A model generated the notes under the pieces. That model was not told where the DNA came from and ran no database searches. It was given only the letters and a program-made list of their open reading frames with translations. From a virus (taxonomy: Duplodnaviria > Caudoviricetes), in IMG/VR virus record IMGVR_UViG_3300021387_001464, positions 32,001 to 96,000 of that record: 64,000 nucleotides of DNA. One strand, 5' to 3'. The first letter of the stretch is position 1, and every line of letters starts with the position of its first letter. This document shows, one piece after another, positions 59,012 to 64,000 of the stretch. The position numbers were made by a program, and so were the translations under genes.

Positions 59012-59581
59012 ATGGCACTCGAAATGAATGACCTAATGATGTTGAGGGGAATGGACTCGAAAGAGGGTCTGTCGCCTTACGAGCAGGTGAAGCTCGATCA
59101 CATGACTGCACGTAACCACACCTCTGGTATCGGAGTTGCAGGACTCGTTCTTGGCACTGTTGGCACGGCAGTAGGCGTTGGCGCATGGCTGTTTGGTGGT
59201 ATGTATGGCAATGCTAAGGCCAACCAGGCCAAGGAGGTTGCTCTCGCCGCCAAGGAGATTGCTGCCCTGCAGAACGGCGCAACCCAGCGTCAGCTCGACC
59301 AGTTGACCAACCTGTTTGCTGCAGAGCGTCAGGAGCGCATCGCTGGCGACGTGACGCTGAACCAGACCATTACTGACACCGTGAGCGGCAGTCAGCAGGG
59401 GACACTCACTGCCCAGCAGCAGGCAGAGCTCGCAGCTTCACAGGCTACACAGCAGGTGATGGCGCAGACCTACTCCGACTTCGTGACTGGTCGCGCATCG
59501 CTGAACCCGACTCCCGTCAGCCTGTACTCGGCTCCCCAGCCTTGTGCTTGTCCTGCCAGCGGCTGCGGTTGCGGCGCGTAA
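59012..59581 (+). CDS. Hypothetical protein: Gly-rich TM segment, coiled coil, Cys-rich tail
   Basis: GIGVAGLVLGTVGTAVGVGAWLFGG; ends CACPASGCGCGA. Confidence 0.75.
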   Translation: MALEMNDLMMLRGMDSKEGLSPYEQVKLDHMTARNHTSGIGVAGLVLGTVGTAVGVGAWLFGGMYGNAKANQAKEVALAAKEIAALQNGATQRQLDQLTNLFAAERQERIAGDVTLNQTITDTVSGSQQGTLTAQQQAELAASQATQQVMAQTYSDFVTGRASLNPTPVSLYSAPQPCACPASGCGCGA

Positions 59582-59590
59582 AGGTTTCTT

Positions 59591-59617
59591 GTAGGCGGCG
59601 GTTTTGCCGCTGCCTAC
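59591..59617. repeat. Palindromic hairpin, second copy at 62198-62221
   Basis: GTAGGCRGCGGTTTTGCCGCTGCC. Confidence 0.7.
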
Positions 59618-59642
59618 TTCCTTTTCAAAATTTCACGGCAAT

Positions 59643-60011
59643 ATGATATGGAACTATGGTAAACGTAAACGACGTATGCAGATGGTAAATCAAGGATTAA
59701 GAGCAACAAGCAAGAGCAGTCTGAAACTGCAATGTCTCTTCTGTGCAAAGGGCGACCTGAAGGAAGCAAAGGAACTCTACGATTTCTTTGCGAGCGATAT
59801 GCCCGACCTCCCGGACTACGACCCCGTGCCACCGACCTGGCAGCAGAATACGGCACAGACCATCAACGGCATCATGGACTGGGTGAAGGAGAACCAGGGA
59901 ACGCTGGCGCAGGCTTACGACTTCATATCGGGCATCGTCAAAAATCGGGGCATACCGCCAACGGCTGTGCCAGAGCCACCAGCCGCACCGCTGCCGCCCA
60001 TCAACGAATAA
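59643..60011 (+). CDS. Hypothetical protein
   Basis: ATG start MIWNYGK; Pro-rich end. Confidence 0.65.
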   Translation: MIWNYGKRKRRMQMVNQGLRATSKSSLKLQCLFCAKGDLKEAKELYDFFASDMPDLPDYDPVPPTWQQNTAQTINGIMDWVKENQGTLAQAYDFISGIVKNRGIPPTAVPEPPAAPLPPINE

Positions 60012-60030
60012 TGACTAATTCACGGCAAAT

Positions 60031-60231
60031 ATGAATGTATATCCCATAACTATCAAGATTTATGCCAACGACGAGCAGGAAGCACAGCGGGCACAGCACG
60101 CCCTCGGCCAGTTCGTCAACGATATGGGCGCACTGGGCATTCCTGTAACCGGCAATAAGATTGCCGAGGCAGTGCCTCAGTGGAACAAGAACATTATAGT
60201 AAAAAACCAGATTATCAGTCACTTCAAATGA
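60031..60231 (+). CDS. Hypothetical protein
   Basis: 66-aa ORF. Confidence 0.65.
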   Translation: MNVYPITIKIYANDEQEAQRAQHALGQFVNDMGALGIPVTGNKIAEAVPQWNKNIIVKNQIISHFK

Positions 60232-60551
60232 GCAAGAATATGGAACAGACAAATCAGAACCAGCAGACTCAGCAGCCGCAATTTAAGTGTCCAGGCAACT
60301 GCCTGCAATGCCTGCCAGCACAACGGCAGTATTGCGCCTCACAGCACGCCTACTCGAACATGAAGGTGCTCGATAAAATCATGGAGACGCTGCTCGGTAT
60401 GAAGAATCAGATGGACGCGATGCAAGACACCATCGGCGAACTGTCGGCTAAGATTGAGGCTATCCAGAACGGCGAAGCCGCCGTGTTCGATCCAAACGAC
60501 GAGGGCGAGCTCTTCCCTAAGGAGAATGTAAAAGACGCAAAAGACAAATAG
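60228..60551 (+). CDS. Hypothetical Cys-motif coiled-coil protein
   Basis: CPGNCLQC...YC; ATGA overlap at 60228. Confidence 0.65.
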   Translation: MSKNMEQTNQNQQTQQPQFKCPGNCLQCLPAQRQYCASQHAYSNMKVLDKIMETLLGMKNQMDAMQDTIGELSAKIEAIQNGEAAVFDPNDEGELFPKENVKDAKDK

Positions 60552-60649
60552 TGCGTCTCACGGTTTTTCCGTGAGAAAAGATATAGCGCAAGAAGGGCGG
60601 CGGCGCACCAAAAGGCTCCCAATATAATTAACACAAAAACTAAAGTATT

Positions 60650-61129
60650 ATGCCAAACTGTAACTGTAATTGCAAGAACGGACAGGACGTACTCGACTTC
60701 CTGACTTCCGTACCTGGCGGCACCGCTGCCAATGCAACGTATCAACTGGGGTTGACCCACTTTACTTGCGGCAACCGCAAGATGCTTGTGGCTGACCCGA
60801 CGCATCCTGTCATCGCACAGCTGACGGCAACACCCGTCGGCACACCTATCGACCTTGGCAACGGCACCTTCTGTCAGGAGTGTCAGATTGCAGGAACCGT
60901 CACTTACAAGCCCTGTAACTCCTGCTCGCCGCAGACGGAGTATGTCAGCCAGCGTGTCTGTCTGCCGTGCTCGTCGGCTGTACCGCCAACACTCACCATC
61001 GGCACCGTGGCCGCTTCGCCCAAGCCCATCACATATTATCAGAACAATGGCTGCGGATGCTGTCAGGGGACTTATCCCTGCACCAACCGCATCGCCATCA
61101 CCACGTCGATTAACGTTACAACAGCATGA
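60650..61129 (+). CDS. Cys/Thr-rich beta protein
   Basis: 159 aa with many Cys. Confidence 0.7.
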   Translation: MPNCNCNCKNGQDVLDFLTSVPGGTAANATYQLGLTHFTCGNRKMLVADPTHPVIAQLTATPVGTPIDLGNGTFCQECQIAGTVTYKPCNSCSPQTEYVSQRVCLPCSSAVPPTLTIGTVAASPKPITYYQNNGCGCCQGTYPCTNRIAITTSINVTTA

Positions 61130-61500
61130 ACTGGCTCGACGTACTGATGATTGTTTTTTCAGCGACAGCCGCCAACCACCTCGGTCTGGTGGCTGCCGCT
61201 GAGAGCGTCGTCCGTCACCGCCTGCCAATACTGAACTGCCCCAAGTGCGCGGCATTCTGGAGTGTGATAGTGTATGGAGTTGCAGTGGAGATTTATTTTT
61301 CACTTTTCACTTTACACTTTTCACTTACCGTCCTCGCCGCCGCTTTTCTCTCTGCATGGTCAGCCATCTGGCTCGACCTTTTTATGGGAATTATCGATCA
61401 ACTATATATAAAGGTATATGACACGATTTATTCAACAACAGATACCACCGACACCGACGCGCTCGATATCGCAGACCCCGTGTCCGATGTGTCCGATTAG
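61126..61500 (+). CDS. Membrane protein with CxxC
   Basis: LNCPKCAAFW plus hydrophobic helices; contains an in-frame TTTTCAC repeat. Confidence 0.65.
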   Translation: MNWLDVLMIVFSATAANHLGLVAAAESVVRHRLPILNCPKCAAFWSVIVYGVAVEIYFSLFTLHFSLTVLAAAFLSAWSAIWLDLFMGIIDQLYIKVYDTIYSTTDTTDTDALDIADPVSDVSD

Positions 61501-61681
61501 CGTCCCGTATGCTGCGGTATCACCGCAGCCTGAATCCGGAACAATATCGGAAAAGGCATCGAAATCGATGCCTAAACGTCAAAATAAGAAATAAAAATCG
61601 CCGATTTTTGCTTATTTCGACGAAAACGTAAAAATAAACAGGTTTTGGCGTGCTTAATGTATCACTAAATAAGAAAAAGAA

Positions 61682-62191
61682 ATGATGACAGCAGAAGAAA
61701 TGAAAAAGGAGTTTTATGAACTCTACGACATGATGGCCATGAGCCACGATGTTGAAAACATGCGGACGTTCGGCAACGTCCACAAGGAAATGATGGAGTG
61801 GATGATCCAGAACAAACCCGACCTCGCACAAGAGTGGGTTGGTAAACTGGAGAGCATCAAGTGGTGTAACTATCTGACGCCGAAGGAGGCCGAGAAAATC
61901 GTCTCTGAGATGGTACCCAAGGCTCCGTGGAGTCGTGAGGTGTGGAAGAATGCCATGACCCAACTTGAACTGCCGATAGAGGAAGAGCCGTATTATAATT
62001 CGTGCGCCCTCTGGGTGGTGATGAACCAAGTCTATACCGTTCATGCACAGACTATCGCCGACAACATCCTGAAGAAGCCGCTGGCCGAGATTCCCGCTGA
62101 CCAGCTTGTTCCCGGCATCCGTGCTCTCGCCCTTGACCTTCTGAAGGACAAAGACAAGAACTACTGCGTGCGCTCGTACTTCGGTTTGTAG
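61682..62191 (+). CDS. Hypothetical protein
   Basis: 169 aa; NYLT.KEAEKIV..M...W. Confidence 0.75.
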   Translation: MMTAEEMKKEFYELYDMMAMSHDVENMRTFGNVHKEMMEWMIQNKPDLAQEWVGKLESIKWCNYLTPKEAEKIVSEMVPKAPWSREVWKNAMTQLELPIEEEPYYNSCALWVVMNQVYTVHAQTIADNILKKPLAEIPADQLVPGIRALALDLLKDKDKNYCVRSYFGL

Positions 62192-62237
62192 TTTAGTGTA
62201 GGCAGCGGTTTTGCCGCTGCCATTATCACTTTCGCCT

Positions 62238-62516
62238 ATGCCCAGCACCAACGCAATCGCCCGCCGTATGCTCCTTGAACGCATCTACAACAAGATGACC
62301 GACGAGGAAAAGCGCATCTTTGCCATGATGACTATGCAGAACAAGAGCAATGGCGAAATACTGCAGGCTATCCGGCAAAACCAACAGCACTTGGAGCACC
62401 TTGTGGAGCACACCGACCGCGACCAGTGGTACAAAGCCTTTGGCAGCGATGTGGCCGCCAACGTGCTAACCACTTCTGTCTTCTGGCTCTTAGGCAAACT
62501 CTTTGCGAAGCGTTAG
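62238..62516 (+). CDS. Hypothetical protein
   Basis: ATG start MPSTNA; ends with a hydrophobic FGSDVAANV segment. Confidence 0.65.
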   Translation: MPSTNAIARRMLLERIYNKMTDEEKRIFAMMTMQNKSNGEILQAIRQNQQHLEHLVEHTDRDQWYKAFGSDVAANVLTTSVFWLLGKLFAKR

Positions 62517-62615
62517 CGCGTTTTACGGTTTCCATCACAAAAGACTATCCGTTCATATTATCGCCGTGAACGCCGGCGGGTAACAGGCTCAAAAGCCTGC
62601 TGCCCGCTTCTTTGT

Positions 62616-62650
62616 TGTCCGTAGCCTAAAGGTCGTTTGTGTTATCTTTG
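62616..62650 (+). promoter_or_regulatory. Putative late promoter TGTCCG-N21-TATCTTTG
   Basis: Upstream of the holin-like gene. Confidence 0.7.
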
Positions 62651-62676
62651 CATTAGAAATATAAAAAACAAAGACA

Positions 62677-63342
62677 ATGATTACAAAACTCATACTATCA
62701 ATTAACGTAGCGTTCAACGGACTCTTACAATCCATTGTCAATGCCACTTGGATCGAATGGCTTTTCCTGACTATAGGCGGTGCTATAGGGTGGGTGATAG
62801 GCAGATTTGAACCGGCGTTTCCTTTATTGGCGGTAGCTTTTATGTTTGTGCTCTATGACGCATGGAGTGCTTACGAACTTGACAAGCGTGTGCATAAGGT
62901 CTATCCGGACAAAGTGAAGCGCGAACAGGCTAAGTTCGTCAGCTATAAGTTCCGCAGTGTCATACCTACGCTGATTGAGCGTATGGTAATTATCATTTTG
63001 GCTTACGCTTGCGAACGCTGGGTGTTTGTTCACGTTACTATCCCCGTTTCTTATATCGCTGCCGCTGTTGTTTGTGCCGAGCAAGCGTTAAGCATTGCCG
63101 AAAACAAAGCGTCATGCCGCCTACCAGGCGACCGGCATGCCCGAGTATGGAAGATGTTGGCAAAAGTCCTTATCGACAAGACGGAACGGCACTTTGACCT
63201 GGACTTAGGTGAAGAGGCGCACAAGATGAGTGAAAGTAATGAATACATCAATAATGGCGACATCGTAGCCACCGTTCCAAACGATTCTTCGTCAGAAAAA
63301 AAGTCTATTGAAACAGATTCCTACAATGAACACATTGATTAG
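62677..63342 (+). CDS. Holin-like membrane protein
   Basis: Several TM helices, SIAEN motif, K.ERHFD. Confidence 0.7.
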   Translation: MITKLILSINVAFNGLLQSIVNATWIEWLFLTIGGAIGWVIGRFEPAFPLLAVAFMFVLYDAWSAYELDKRVHKVYPDKVKREQAKFVSYKFRSVIPTLIERMVIIILAYACERWVFVHVTIPVSYIAAAVVCAEQALSIAENKASCRLPGDRHARVWKMLAKVLIDKTERHFDLDLGEEAHKMSESNEYINNGDIVATVPNDSSSEKKSIETDSYNEHID

Positions 63343-63451
63343 TAATAGTATTTGTTTAGTTTAGTAATGAAAAAAGGAAAGCAAGCGTGCTTTCAAGATT
63401 GTTTAATGGTTATTAGTTATACGGTTTTAGGTTTTTAGTTATTTTAAGGTA

Positions 63452-63484
63452 AGCGAGGTAGTCGTGATGACCACCTCGCTTTTT
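63452..63484. terminator. Bidirectional intrinsic terminator between convergent genes
   Basis: AGCGAGGTAGTC-GTGAT-GACCACCTCGCT followed by a T run. Confidence 0.65.
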
Positions 63485-64000
63485 AGTCTTCTTTCTTAGG
63501 GATTAGTTGTTTTACATCTTCCCACGTTGCTACTTCCATCTGCCCCGTATTGGGGTCATACGAACCGACTGCCAGTGGTTCGACAGCAGCTTCCGTACTG
63601 TCAGGGATGATAAAGAACTCAAACGGTTCTACCTTGGGCGGCTCCATGTCGCTGAAGGCTATCTCCTGACGACGCGACCATTTGATGCGGTCGATGTCAT
63701 TGCGCTGCAGCTTTGGATTCTTGGATAACGCCTCACGGACGGCGGCGAGTTCTTCCTTCTGCAGATAATCTTCCCATACCTGTTGCGACAGACGCAGATA
63801 GGTGTACTGATAGATGGCGTGAATGCTGTTGATCCAGTCATCGGCACCATTGACCATCAGGAGCGACGCAAAGGGCTGCGCGATAAACAGTCGGTGTGCC
63901 TTGTGGTCAAACGACAGCATACCACTTTGGAATACTTGCTCCAACCAACTCCATGTCTGCATCAACTTACGCTGTTGCTTCTGTGCTTTCTTCTGCTGGC
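63483..64000 (-). CDS. Hypothetical protein, 5' end beyond the window
   Basis: Frame stays open from 63965 to the window edge. Confidence 0.7.
   Translation of the reverse strand, partial: QQKKAQKQQRKLMQTWSWLEQVFQSGMLSFDHKAHRLFIAQPFASLLMVNGADDWINSIHAIYQYTYLRLSQQVWEDYLQKEELAAVREALSKNPKLQRNDIDRIKWSRRQEIAFSDMEPPKVEPFEFFIIPDSTEAAVEPLAVGSYDPNTGQMEVATWEDVKQLIPKKED

Larger units (their letters stand above)
1..64000 (+). mobile_element. Internal segment of a Bacteroidales temperate phage/prophage; both ends lie outside the window
   Basis: Dense co-directional small genes, replication module, tape measure and tail genes, DGR, holin-like gene; no host housekeeping operons. Confidence 0.93.

Noticed and set aside
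1-64000. Integrase, att sites, terminase, portal, capsid, endolysin
   Set aside because: No recognisable motifs; presumably outside the window or too divergent to see by eye

Overview
A 64-kb internal segment of a temperate, siphovirus-like Bacteroidales phage or prophage, probably Prevotella-like (host inferred from TAnnTTTG promoters, DUF4494 and HU-domain genes). Almost every gene is on the + strand. Gene order: (1) an early/accessory and replication region, ~1-28.5 kb, with an SF2 helicase, HNH nucleases, a DPPH methyltransferase, two radical SAM proteins, an ABC-type ATPase, an initiator plus DnaC-like loader, a beta clamp, a DUF2829/Tad2-like protein and an HU-like protein; (2) a DNA cytosine-methylation locus, 28.6-32.7 kb; (3) an SSB-like gene and a tail module, 33.4-55.9 kb, with a tape measure protein and a 2333-aa receptor-binding protein; (4) a complete diversity-generating retroelement (VR 55770-55894, hairpin, avd, TR 56656-56780, RT); (5) a small Cys-rich/membrane gene cluster and a probable holin. 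No integrase, terminase, portal or capsid gene was recognised. The standout is locus 2. A circularly permuted C5 DNA methyltransferase (motifs IX-X before I-VIII, no target-recognition domain of its own) sits inside an array of 15 overlapping mini-genes of ~40-100 aa. Each mini-gene resembles a standalone TRD and nearly all end in a shared [VIL]-[LI]-[IV]-E-Y-E-type tail whose DNA supplies the next ATG. Eleven carry a G7-G10 or C9 tract that sets the reading frame. I infer a split, combinatorial, phase-variable multispecific methyltransferase with plug-in specificity peptides. All family assignments come from motif recognition by eye; no searches were run.
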